The position numbers and the translations under genes were made by a program. Shown one piece after another: positions 48,901 through 62,073 of a stretch of DNA of 64,000 nt. Origin of the DNA: Mytilus edulis (Eukaryota); the NCBI RefSeq assembly GCF_963676685.1, contig NC_092357.1, positions 26,660,001 through 26,724,000 of the forward strand, in the 5' to 3' direction. Numbering within the stretch: the stretch's first letter is position 1; each line of letters begins with the position of its first letter. A model generated the notes under the pieces. The model did no database searches and had not been told where the DNA came from. It worked only from the letters and a program-made list of their open reading frames with translations.

Positions 48901-51900
48901 ATTGCTTATATACATTCACCTACCTTTGGTGTTTTTGTGATGATGACGGTATTTTATTTGTATATTTGTATATACGTCCTGTTCATCTATATCACAATAG
49001 TGTTTATCATTATTTCGTATGACAATTTTATTTGTTTTTAACCACTTAATCGTGTTGAAAAATATATGTCGTACATTTCTTAATACAATCTGCCGCCTTA
49101 TGTTATAAGATCAACTGCATCTTTCCTTGAAATGTACCTCCAATTTTCCGGTTGAAAGATTACATAGGTTGCCTTCATCTAAACAAAATACACAGGTGTA
49201 CGTCTAGTTCAGGTCAATTTGACAACATTTACATATCAACGAGGCAGTTAAAGGTATGAAGACAGTTTTTTTTCAGCAACACATTAAGCATCCTACTATA
49301 TACATTTTTTATCAGATACATAAATCAACGTAATGCGTGACTTGTCACAATATTTCAAACTAAAAAAGTATAAAAAAAATCGAGAATGGAAATAGGTAAT
49401 GTGTCAAAAAAACAATAATCCGATCAAAGACAACACGTAGTCAACGGCCATTCATGGGTATACAACACAACGAGAAAATGAACGTCTCACTCAACGCTGA
49501 AACATATGAATAATTCACAAATATAAAAAATCATCTTTTTATTATTCTTCATTTTGACAGTATTTTTTTTCCGATATGAAGATCAAGGGAAAGGCAGCGT
49601 TTAATGTGAGTATTACTGTTAGTTAAAGTAAGTTCAGCAGGATATATCTCTTCATCGAAATATATATAAAAAAAAATATTTTTACGATCGACACAACCAT
49701 CACTGAATTTCTGTAAAATACAGTTTAATAGCCATTGAGACAACTATGTATAACGTAAATGTTGATATCAAATTAATTAGATTTCTTCGCCCTAAAACTG
49801 AATGATGTCTGATACCAAACGGACATTCAAACTCATCATTTGAAAATAAACCGACAACGCAAGGGATAAAAAAGAAACAGACAAACAGACAAATGAAAAT
49901 GGCCATTGTTATATTATAGTTCGTTTCTGTGTGTGTTATATTTGAATGGTGTGTTTCTGTTGTGTCGTAGTTCTCCTCTTTTATTTGATGTGTTCCCCTC
50001 GGTTTTATTTTGTAACCTGGATTTGTTTTATTGTCAATCGAATTATGAATTTCGAACAGCGGTATACTACGGCTGCCTTTACTAGAAAACAAAAATTAAA
50101 ACCACAGACTCAGCAACACAAAGCTGATAACAATATGTGGTTGATATCAAGTGATCAAGAAGGGCAAGCAGATAGAACGTACATATCATTAATGATTGAA
50201 ACTGAATCTTTATATACAAATAAATAAAGATGAAGGAAAGGCCAAATGTGAACAATAGTAAAAGAGAAAAATGATTGTTTTATAAAACAACGCACATGTT
50301 AGAGAACGACACACATATGCGTGCGACATTTTCATTATTACTTAAATTAAAGGTCAACCGGTTGTGAATTTGTACAACATGATTGAACAGAACACAACAC
50401 GAAAATATGCTATCAAAATGTCAATAATCATATAAAATAAAGGAAATTTTTATTTATATAGTTGAACAATGATATGGTTTTCCCATTTGATTGGTGTTTT
50501 ATTGCGAGTATCTACACTTCACTTCTACACAATCGTATATATAAAGAATAGTTGTTTCAAAATATATGATTGGATATTTCATGCAAAAATATGGGTTTTT
50601 TCAGTAATGAAAACAATAAACATGCTGATACACAATTATGTAATCTAAGTGTGATGAGATCATAAATAAGGATCAACATTTTCTTTGTGACAACATTTAT
50701 GTTCGTTTCAGTAACAAAATCTTCACGCACAAAAAAAAAAGGAAATAAAACAAGGTGGAGGCGCCTTTCGTTCTCAAGTTGTACAGAATAAACCCTTAAG
50801 CGAGATTTAAATAACAGAAACAATCGGTTTTCAAAATCAACCAATACGATATTTTCAGACAATACATACAAAAAAGTATCAATATGTTCTATTAGCTATT
50901 AATGATTGAAACTTTTAGATATCGAGGAAAACATGAATGAGCTTACATGAAATAAATCAATAATAGACTTAAAGCATGCAAGACCATTTCCTATCAGTAT
51001 AAACAAAAATTTGTTTGTACAATGATAAAACAGAGGAGACACCTTACAAATACAAAATAAATATAACGAAGGGGAGGGGGTAGTAGTGGTTGGGAGGTTG
51101 CATGTTTTATTTTTCTTTGAACGACTATGTTCAGGGTAAACTTTTAACCCAAAAAAATCAACGCATTAAACACAATTTGATAAAAATGTTTAGATTCGAT
51201 TTATTTACGAAATTATGCGAAGAAAAGTAATTGAATTTAAATCTTTAACTATTATATTTTTTTACTATTAATACAGAAAACTGCTCAATTTAAAAAAAAA
51301 ATAAAGACGACATTTAGATAAAAACTGAAATAAAATGGTTACAGAAATAGATTCCATTTGTGACTAGCTATCTCTGAAAGATAAAATCGTTTTTCACTTT
51401 TAGTGATTGAAACTGGATGCGGATAAAGAAAAACATTTTTTTTTTCAATTGAAATGCAATAAAATAAAAAGGAAATAGTAGCAAAGCATGACGATATATC
51501 CATTACAGAAAAATACTTACCATTAAAGCAGACAACAACCGATAAAAAAACAGATGATTTAAGATAGATATTGATATAAAATTAAAACATAAATAGAATC
51601 CTAGCATGAACAGATATTCTTTATAGAAAAACGCTGTCTGATTGACTTCAAATAAAATTGTATCTGCATGTCTATCATCCTTTATATTTTATAAAATATT
51701 TCACACTCTTGTCACGGAAACAAAATACTTATAGTGTTATACTTTTATAATTAGGTTTGACGATATCACACATTACAATGTGTGCACAGTCAAAATACAA
51801 ATTATTATTTTTATTGTAAAAATTATACTTTTTTACAAAATTATTATTTGTACACAACATGTATATATAACTATCCAACACGTTATTTAACATGATCATG

Positions 51901-53104
51901 CACAGTAGAATATTTAATAAAAAAAACTGTATTCATTCATTTTAATAACGGTTGTTTATGCATTATAACGTAAATGTTAAGCAATAGAATAACAATGCAC
52001 ACTCGAAACCTGCAATATTAGTGAAGTGTTATTAGATTCCTTTCTACTATTGACGTCTTTATATTTACACAAATTAGACGTACTTCTCAACCATTAATCT
52101 TTATTTTGCATTTGCATATCATAACATATTAGGATCATCATTTTTGGTTAAGTTGATACAATCAATTAAATTGGTTACACTGTACTTTAAAAGTAAACAG
52201 TCTTCTTTTCAAGCTGACAAACAAATTCGTATGCAAGTGAGACTTGGTCTTTATAGTGAGTGTCTATCTCATAAATGCTTTAATCTTTAAAGAGGGTGTC
52301 CATGGAAAAACCAGGCAGTGGATGGCATATGACATATTTTGTTTTTTCATCTATTTCATATCACAAATACATTCTTTCTCAAAGTTAAATTGTGTTTTTA
52401 TATTAACTGAAACAAATAAAGAGAAAAAAATACATAGAAAGCATTGAAAATAAACGTGTGAGGTCACTGATTGCATTTAGTTTCTAATAAGAGATGTTAA
52501 AAACATTAAAAAATACGGAATGATTTCCGTTAAAAAAAATGCGTAGTTATGGGAGATCTATTGATATAATCGTCATGTTTATACATTGTACTTGTTTATG
52601 AATATAACACAAACAACTAAATGTGAAGTAGCAACAACTGTTTGTAATAAGAATTAATAATTGTATCCAGATATTCATTATTAATGTTATTTATACTTAA
52701 TTTTACCAAATAATCTCCCACAATATTAAGTGGTAAATTAAACAGGGATACCTGATGAAATGATGTACACCAAATTTAATTGTTTAACAGTAATATGTGC
52801 AAAAAGAATAGAAAACAAAATGAATGTGCTATTGGCAACGAGACAACTCCAAATACATGCAGCAATCGTAATATGATTCTAAAATTGCAGGACGGCTATC
52901 ACAGGGAACATGTCATTAACACTGCAAAAACATCGAAAAGTAAAACATAATTTATTTTGATAATGTTTACCCTGTTTCGTATGGGAAAAGGTACATATGT
53001 CATTGTGTTGGTGGTAGAATTGAATTGACGGATCACAATTGGCCCATCATCGTAAGGCGCGTTCTGGCATTTTTATAATTGGAAGGATTAAGTGCAACCG
53101 ATTG

Positions 53105-54966
53105 TTAGAATGCCTGTGTTGCGGATATCTTATCACCTACTAACTGAAAAGCAATGTCAAGAAGGGTGTTGGCTTCTAGTGTGTTATACTGATTTGTTTT
53201 TAGATAATTTTCTTCTATTACCAGTTGTAAACTTAGGATAGAATCCTGGCATTCTCTGATATCCTTGAGATGAAAATGACAGAGGAATGTCAGGAAATAA
53301 GCATACGCTGTAGATTCATAAGTTCGTGATGTAATCGCTATGTCCATTTTAAGTTCGTCTGGTATCAAGCCAGAATTCTTCTTAAACATGACCGCTCTTA
53401 CCAACAGTATTCTCAGCAGATCCACAACACACTTCTCCTTCAATGATTTCAATTTTAGCAACTGGTAATGGATATATGACATATTCATGCCAAGAAACAG
53501 CTTTTCGGGAGTGCATTTAGCTAAAGTATACTTGGTGATGAGAAGAGCTTGTTGGTATTGTTTTGTCTTATAGAAAAACGATGCTACCATAAGCCATCCA
53601 GATGCAGCGTCATGATATACATTCTGTAGCAGAGTACTAAGACAGGATCTATACTGTTCGTATTGGTATTTATTACCATTATATGTACTGTCTACCGATA
53701 TTTCCTGGGCATGCAAGTGGCACGTGTGTGACAAGGAGTATTTGTATACGTGATATATTGAAAAGTTATCACACGAATTAAAAACTATCTTACTTAATGT
53801 TTTATTGAATTCATCCGATTTATTTACAGGAAATCGATACAACATTTTTGATTTCAATGTCTTTTCCACTTCTTTTACATATATTGTATGTGGTTCGATT
53901 CGAAAAATCCTTTTTGATATATCAAAGTTAGACATTTGATCTGAAAATAATATGCATCTCCAGCCATAGCTTTGCAACGTATAAAGTTTCTCTAAAAGGA
54001 TTTCTCGATCAAGGCCCACAATTTTGTCGAACAAATTGTTTTCTGGAATGAAGTAATGCAGGCAAACAGAGTTCTCAACAGAATAAATCAGCCTGTTAAG
54101 ACATCGTACAAAACAAGGTATCATATTATCAGGTTTCCACACAGATTGAGGCATTTCTTCGGATATCCAGAATACTATTGTTTTTAGAAAATATGAACAA
54201 AGTATATCTTTACATTTTGAGTACATGGATATGATATCTTTCAAAATAATTTTTAAGAGAGCATAACACAGTAACTGTGTGTGCGTAAAAGTGTTTATCA
54301 GAAGTCGTTCACCAACTGAAAAGGATATTCGCCATTCTAAATCTTCTTTTGGCGATCCCTTGACTCCGATCGGTACAAAAATTACTCCGTGTTTAATTAT
54401 ACTTTGTTTGACATTATTACCAGGCCATGAGTTAGTTGATCTAGATAGCCACTGTGCTGCAGATGATATCCATATTGGACAATGAAAACAAATGGCACTG
54501 TCAAATTTTCCATCTTTGTCAGAAATACACGGGCCATGAATTGTAAATTGACCCAACAAGAAACGTTGTTTAAATAATGAACTAGACATATAATATTTAC
54601 TGTTCTGTTCTACACAACACTTGGAAATGAGTTGATATCTGTTATACTCTAATCTCAATTGAGAATAACCAGCTTTTACATCGTCTCCTTCTACTAAAAA
54701 ATATGTAATCTTTGGATCGATGTGGGGTGTCAAATTTTCCAAAACCTCGATATGTTTATCTACATGCATGATGTCTAAATCACTGCCTCGCATCTCAAGA
54801 CCTTCCCCAAAACTTCCACTTGTAATATATTCCGAACCTGTGTTACTTAAAATATTGTCTCTGACAGCATTGAATGTTCTAATACGTTGAACATAATCTT
54901 CTGTTCCAACTATATTTTGACACATATATTCATACAGTGCTATTGATATGCTCGGTGTTAAAGTGT
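53105..54966 (-). CDS. Mab-21/cGAS-like receptor (cGLR) nucleotidyltransferase with C-terminal TPR-like helical region; large exon, first exon not located
   Basis: SGSFGEGLEMRGSDLDIM (GS..DxD), IHGP, KFDSA (third Asp), EWRISFSVGE, CYALLK, SYFLKTIVFW, CLHYFIPENNLF. Splice acceptor ttttttacag at 54967-54976; the ORF-track N-terminal MNTNSFVENYILFYFFT is intronic. Confidence 0.9.
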
Positions 54967-55034
54967 CTGTAAAAAAATAAAACAAAATGTAATTTTCTAC
55001 AAATGAGTTTGTATTCATATGATGAAGACATAAT

Positions 55035-55975
55035 CTTTCAATCAGTTTGATTGAGGTCTGGAGCTGGCATGTCAGTTAACTGCTAGTAGTCTGTTATTAT
55101 TTATGTATTATTGTCATTTTATTTATTTTCTTTTGTTACATCTTTTGACATCGGACTCGGACTTCTCTTGAACGGAATTTAAATGTGCGTATTGTTATGC
55201 GTTTATTTTTCTACATTGGGTAGAGGTATAGGGGGAGGGTTGGGATCTCATAAACATGTTAAACATCGCCGCAATTTTGCGCCTGTCCCAAGTCATAAGC
55301 CTCTGGCCTTTGTTCGTCTTGTATAATTTTAGTTTCTTGTGCATAATTCGGAGTTTAGTATGACGTCCATTATCACTGTACTAGTATACATATTTTTAGG
55401 GACCAGCTGAAGGACACCTACGGGTGCGGGAATTCTCGCTACATTGAAGACCCATTGGTGGCCTTCGGCTGTTGTCTGCTCTATGGTAGGGTTGTTGTCG
55501 CTGTGACACATTGCCCATTTCCTTTCTCAATTTTATTGTATATACATGTTACTTCGAATTTAAGATACTAATTGAAAATGCATAAGTTGTACATTAAATA
55601 AAATTGAGAATGGAAATGGGTATTGTGTCAAAGAGACAAAAACCCGACCATAGAGCAGATAACAACCGAAGGCAATCAAAGGGTCTTCAATGCAGTGAAA
55701 AACTCCCGCACTAGGAGGAGTCCTTCATCTGGCCCCCAAAGAGATATGTTACTAGTTCAGTGATAATGAACGTCATAGAAAACTCCAAATTATACACAAG
55801 AAACTAAAATTAAGAATCATATAAGACTAGCAAAAGCCAGAGGCTCCTGACTTTGGACAGGTGCACAAATGCGGTGGGGTTAAACATATTATTTGATATC
55901 TCAACCCTTCCCCTATATGACTTGCCAATGTAGAAAATACGAACTCACATCAGTACGCATAGTAAAACTCCGTTT
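55035..55975. repeat. Two tail-to-tail copies of the retroposon-like repeat (55035-55537 +, 55597-55975 -)
   Basis: ...cctttctcaattttatt, a spacer of about 60 bp, then aataaaattgagaatggaaatggg...; the arms are homologous but diverged. Confidence 0.85.
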
Positions 55976-56545
55976 AAACCAGCAACCTGAGTATAAAAGG
56001 GTTGTATCCCTTGAATTCTTAACATCTGTAAATAATTGAAAAGGTTCAAATCAGAGAGACAATGTTTTATGAATAACTTGTATTATCACTTGTAATTTAT
56101 TAAGATTTTTGTTACATGTATTCTTTCAAGAATTTTCAACATATTATATGAATAAAAAAAAATCTTTTTATCTTTTAAATATTACATTTTTAAATATCTA
56201 AAGTGAAAATATTTTTTAGGTAAAATTTGAATTTTGAAGGCGAAGCCTGACAACAGCTGATTCTGTTTGTAAACAAATGCACATGGTAAACAATGTTCAT
56301 GCATAATAAAGACAGCACCTACCTAATTTGCAGAAATATCCAATGTTTAAATCCCTTTGAAATATTACATTAACTTTCCTTCCAGAAAACATATTTTGTT
56401 AATTAATCCAATAAGTTAAATTGTATATCATTGAGTGCAAACTAATAAAACAAGGTAAATTTTTTTTATAATTTTAGTCACTACGGTTGAAATAAAATAA
56501 GTATATAATGAATTAGTACAATTTATGTCCCAAGTAGGGTTTAGA

Positions 56546-57073
56546 TTAAGGGTTTGGGTACAATTCCCTCACCAGATTCGAAACACAATCGGCAATAACC
56601 TCCCTCCTGACGATCACAACAGTTTCATCGACCCCATCCTTATTTAAAAGCCTGCATTTCTTCGCGATATGTTGAGGTCTGCTCCATGCTTCTCTATCCT
56701 GCATCATTCTCAAGAATAAATTATATTTCAGTTTTCTTATTTCACTATTTCGTGCATGTGCTCTCTGTCCTACACCTAACCAACTTTGTCTATTTTGTGT
56801 CACATGTACACAAGGATTACAAAAGCAATCCTGACACATATCTTCATCATTGGTATCATTTCCAGCACTTTGTTGATCTGACCCACTTTGACCAGTTCCA
56901 TGAGTTGCAATAATATTGTTTTCTGCATTATCTTCTAAATGAAGATTAGATGTACTTGATGATGCTATCTTATTAAAATCCCAATCATTGTGGCTAAAAA
57001 ATGCCTGAATTGCAAGTGTTTGTTCTTCAGTTACAGTTAAAGAAAGAACATTTTGATTATTTTGGTTTTCCAT
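56546..57073 (-). CDS. KolX-like / P2RX7-ballast-like Cys-rich accessory protein of a Kolobok transposon (probably decayed)
   Basis: CQDCFCNPCV...W...N..IRK.KY..F...W...RREVIADCV..LVRE.YPNP; divergent from the adjacent transposase. Family call is from motif memory. Confidence 0.65.
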   Translation of the reverse strand: MENQNNQNVLSLTVTEEQTLAIQAFFSHNDWDFNKIASSSTSNLHLEDNAENNIIATHGTGQSGSDQQSAGNDTNDEDMCQDCFCNPCVHVTQNRQSWLGVGQRAHARNSEIRKLKYNLFLRMMQDREAWSRPQHIAKKCRLLNKDGVDETVVIVRREVIADCVSNLVRELYPNP

Positions 57074-57547
57074 TTTACTACAGATTTCAAATATGTCATG
57101 TGTAACAGTTTAGGTGTGCCAGTATTTCTTTGCACACTTTTGACGAGGGTTTGGGGATTGTTTAAAATTTTAATGCCCAATTAAGTGGTTTTTTTTTATC
57201 TTTACACGAAACACATAAGTGTTATGTACTGTGATTTATATACCTAAGATAAATGTAAAAGCTGCTGAATTGACACTATATTTGATCACATTTCTATACT
57301 CTGCTTGTGTTACCCAAGTTCACCCCAGATCAACAGTGAGATCTAGCATTTTGACAGTGTGGGAAACCCACATTTAATTTATTTTTGATGAGAAGTTTCC
57401 AATAATTGCATTACAAATACAAGTGAAATCTAAAAAAAATATTGAATAATATCTCCCAAAAACACTTGAGAAAAAGTATAAAAACAAATATCTGTTTTTA
57501 AAATAAAACGTAATTTTCATTCACCCCTGCTTTGAGTGAAAATTGAA

Positions 57548-59312
57548 ATGTCCAACATCAGTCATGTCATTAGCTATCAAATTTTGGAGGGAAATTTAGA
57601 AATAGAAATTTTCATAATCAGGGAAGCACTTGCCGTAAGTATGAATGAAAAAAGAAAATATTTAAAAGATAAAGTTGAGAGTGTTAAAATAAGGAATGAC
57701 ATGAGGAAAGAAAACCCAAACCTGTTGAAGGAAAAGGGAATTTTTCTTCTGGATCTATTGATGAGAAAAATTTGATATATGAAATGACCAATGACATTAC
57801 ACAGGCAATGGGTGGTGGGACCCCAAACAGGACTACAAATAAAGACATGTTATTTGAAGTAATGACATTCTACATTAAAAACAACATAACACAACTAGAT
57901 GAAGATTAACATATGGCTGAGGAAAACAATATACCATTTTTGGACTGTTCTTTTACATCATGTAATGATGAAACATCAACAAAGAAACTGTTTGTCACTG
58001 CCGAAACATCAATCGAGAACCTTATTAAAAGAGTGATAAACCATGGACAAGTTTGTAACAGTCAGTTGCAGCTTAACTCAACTGATATTAAGGGCCATGT
58101 TGGAGTATGCAAACTTAAATGTGAGGAAAAACATGAACTACTCTGGTCAAGCGCACCGTATATGGGAGACAAATATCTATGAAGAAGGTATCGATATTGT
58201 AACTGATGCAAGACATGGTACCAGAAAAAAAACTATATGTACATAGACGTCATTTGCCTTGGTGCCAGAACACACAAAGTTTTACGTGTTGAAACAATTT
58301 CAAAAGTGAATTGTACAAGTGCACAAAAACATGAACTCATAGGAACAGAGAGGATTTGCGAGTATTTTAAAAATCTCAGAGATGAGTACGAGGTGAAAAT
58401 TTGTGTTCACTGTCATGACATAAATACCAGTGATAACAAATTTACCCGCATTAATGGAATTGACACAGACTCGACAAATGATACCTGGCATGCCACTACA
58501 AACATAGCCAAAGAAATCAAGACCATTTGTTCTGGAGCAAGATACAAGGAAGGACAAACGTGGCACCATGAGTTATCTGACAAAGCACCAAGTATAAAAA
58601 CTCATCTGTATTTGGCAATGAAAAATGCAATAAGGATCCAGTGAACCTTAAACTAAGTCTATTGAATATAGTTGAACATTATAAGAACATGCCACTACAA
58701 ACATAGTTAAAGAAATCAAGACCATTTGTTCTGGAGCAAGATACAAGGAAGGACAAACGTGGCACCATGAGTTATCTGACAAAGCACCAAGTATAAAAAC
58801 TCATCTGTACTTGGCAATGAAAAATGCAATAAGGATCCAGTGAACCTTAAACTAAGTCTATTGAATATAGTTGAACATTATAAGAACAATCATGAACATT
58901 GTAGTCAATTATCAAGGTGTAAAACTGATTCGAATTATGAACCAACTAAATATTTAATCAAGGATTCCGAAGCAGAGATGTTATTAGGTCGGGCTCTAAT
59001 GATCCCCCAGGTATATAAATCGTCAAGTGATTATGTTCATTGTATGGACAGTTAATATGTGGAAAGTTTCAATAATGCCATTCTTCAATATCATGACAAG
59101 AGAATTAACTTTTCCAAACAAATTTATATTTTTCGGACAAACCTAGCTGTATTGGATTGAAATGAACATGTAAATAGGCAAACCAGATCATCAAAAACTG
59201 TTCAAGATGCAAAAAACCCACGAAGACAAGTAAAAGTGAAAATTTTGAAAAGGAAATCTTATAACATGTGGTCTGAAATCTGGGATCAGTTAGTTCAAAT
59301 TTCTTGGATTAT
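57548..59312 (+). pseudogene. Kolobok-type DDE transposase, frameshifted, with internal deletion and a 199-bp tandem duplication
   Basis: Fragments IVTDARHG.RK, SAQKHE..GT, HCHD, NDTWH, NIVEHYKN.H..C...SRC, VESFNNAILQYHDKRI and LAVLD*NEHVNR; candidate right end ...acgttccc|TTAA at 59800. Confidence 0.8.
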
Positions 59313-60378
59313 GATATTTGATCTCATATTTTAAGTCAATTCATTTAAACATAATTATAAGTAAATATTTGTTTTCTTTATTTTTGTAATTATATCTACT
59401 TCAAACCATAACTATTTTCACCATAGTGGATAAGATAATTAAATCGTCTGCTACGAATTCGCCAAGCATGTGCATTTGTTTTGTTTACATTGATTAGCTG
59501 CTGTTTATATACATCTTGTACCTCCTACATCACCTTATCAGTCAAATGTTAATTGCGCATGTCTTATCGATCAGGTTGATCGGATGTTGCTTGTTTAAGA
59601 GAGGTCCTAGTCCAATGTCAGAATGGGAAACAAAATAAACTTAAAAAACATGATGTTTAGGACAAAGCGGCCGAATTTCAGTCAAGAAAAAGTAATTACA
59701 ATTATAAATCGGCCTCAATATTAATAGCAACCAATATTTTATTAAGTGTTGCAAGATCTTCTTTATTCAGCAGGATCTTTTTCGGAAACAATACGTTCCC
59801 TTAAATTAAAAAAATAATTGAGATTAGTTAAAACACTGTCCTTATCAAAAAACATCTACATGTGTATGTAGTATTTTTTTAGAGAAATCTTAGCAGATAA
59901 CTGTTTTTCGGTTGCAAAAGTTACTTTCAATTATAAATCCAAGAAGTAATGATCTTCTAGAAGATGTAATGATATAAAATATTTAGGAATAAAAGAACTG
60001 TTCTTGTAAGGATTTTGTTTGTTTGCTAGACAAAACAAGATTACAATTGAATAAAACGTCAATGTTACGTTCAATTTACTATTTGATTTGTTAATAATTT
60101 GAATTCAACATCAATCATGATATAATCTCTTGGCAAAGAAAATGAACACATTCATTCTTTGTTTTCTGTAGAATGCGATTCAAGGACAAACACACACATG
60201 TGTTTTACTACGATTTACTTTTGATCAAATGAATCAGAATCTAATAACATTTCGGTTTTATTTTATAAAGTTGTTTTTTTACGGGAAAGATTTATAAACT
60301 AAATGTCGATATTTATTTTAGGGAAACTAAACACTGCGGGTTTTCCAAATCTGATGAAATGTAATACGCTCGTATATA

Positions 60379-61107
60379 TGTAGGACTCTAAAGTGCCATG
60401 GGGACGCTAAAGTACGATAGTTACGCTAAAGTGCGATGATGTACGCTAAAGTGCGATGCTTCAAACCGCTGTTTTTTTATGCTGGAAAAAGGACTTGTAT
60501 CCTGTAGTCGATCATTTTACTATTTAGATACAAAATAGTATTCGCATAAATAACCTGTATCTTGCTTTTTTTTTTGGAAGCGAACGAATACATTAAAAAT
60601 CATTGTTTGTGTTGCAGTATACTGCGGTCCCCGTTAAAATATTGGAAAGTAACGTCGGTTAAATAAAAGTACATTTGTTCAAGCGTAATATGAATTGTGA
60701 ACTAAAACATCAGTTTGTTCATTGTAGGAAATTATAACATGTATTTGTTCTCGCTAGAAAAAAAAGAGGTAAAGCTTGGCGAACACCGCCGTTTCTCGCA
60801 CTTAAATTAAAGTTTAAAAAATTACATAATTTTACTTTATTACGTGTTCAAACCTCTAAATTTAGATACATTACGTATCGATAAATCATAAAGCCTATCA
60901 CATCATATGTTATACCTTAGCAAACTAGCTTTTGCAAAACTACTTGTTTTTAACATCGTTGTACTCTAATGTTTTAGCCTTTAAACACTACCCTATTGTT
61001 CCATCGCACTTGAGCGTGCTATACCATCGTACATTACCAAAAAACAACCATCACACTTTAGCGTGACCATCGCACTTTAGAGTACCATCGCACTTTAGAG
61101 TCCTACA
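60379..61107. mobile_element. MITE in TA-repeat with TIR and subterminal ctaaagtgcgatg repeats
   Basis: tatata|tgtaggactctaaagtgc ... gcactttagagtcctaca|tatata. Confidence 0.88.
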
Positions 61108-62073
61108 TATATAAATATATATAAGAATTTGAAATCAATTTACTTATTTCCGTTTTGAAATTCCAAATAAGGTGCAATAAAGGTAATTTAAAAAACCAAG
61201 TTCAAATATGAATGTAGTCAATTGGATTTCACAACTAAATTTGAAGCCCTTTAAACAAAGATACATCATGAATCAATCGTGATAAAAGTGTAACATTGTG
61301 TGTCCTTGCACACATTGTGAATAGAAAAGTTAAGAAAGGGTAATACTGAGCTGTTGGTCAAGGTAATTTATTGCCTTTTCAATCAATAGCTCAGCTTGTA
61401 CATGTATCTAAATCGGTAGCCTACAAACAACACTGCTATACTTTGAAAGCAGCATTAAAAAACGTTTCACAACCATTTGTTTTGAAATTTTCTAGTTTTG
61501 AGCAGAACAACATTTCATTCAATCGCAAAATATATTAAAGTTGTCCAGAACTTTTATATCGTTAAAGAGAAATAGAAACAGAGTGCAAATTAACTTTCTG
61601 TCAATCTCTTCAATATTCAGTTATGCGTGGTTTTTTTTCAAAAATATTTACGGTCGGCTGTTTTGTGTAACGCAGAGTTTTGAAATATCGTTACTTGAAA
61701 GTTGCTGGTAGTTATGATTTTACTTTTAAAAGAAGACACTATTTCTGTAGATTGAGATAAAAGAGGAGCGAAATATACTTAAGGAAAAGTCAAAGTCATA
61801 GATAAAAAAAAAACGCCATGGCTAAAAAAACGTATACATAAAAGCACACAAGACACAAAATAGAAAACTAAGCAACACGAATTCCACCAAATAGTCTTAG
61901 TTCACTGATTTATATCGGTAGTCTGTTAGTATATATTGTTTGTAGAGTTGGTGATTTATGTAACAAAGACGAGTTCAGTGTTGGAATTCATTATATATTT
62001 GTTTGCACGTTCTTCAATGGTGAATAATAGAATTGGAAATTTGTTATTTTGTATGAACTAGTTAATTACTGAA

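Noticed and set aside
47240-50871. Several 90-130 aa ORFs in AT-rich DNA
   Set aside because: Low-complexity F/I/L/K-rich translations with no recognisable motifs; only a tiny Penelope-like RT relic (IYPAELTL..SLDL, about 49570-49660, minus strand).
54967-55018. ORF-track start MNTNSFVENYILFYFFT for the cGLR
   Set aside because: It reads through a polypyrimidine tract and AG acceptor, so it is most likely intron.
21079-55018. DEDDh nuclease plus cGLR as a linked cGAS/TREX-like immune module
   Set aside because: They are 31 kb apart and separated by unrelated transposons; the nuclease looks transposon-derived and disrupted. There is no evidence of functional linkage.
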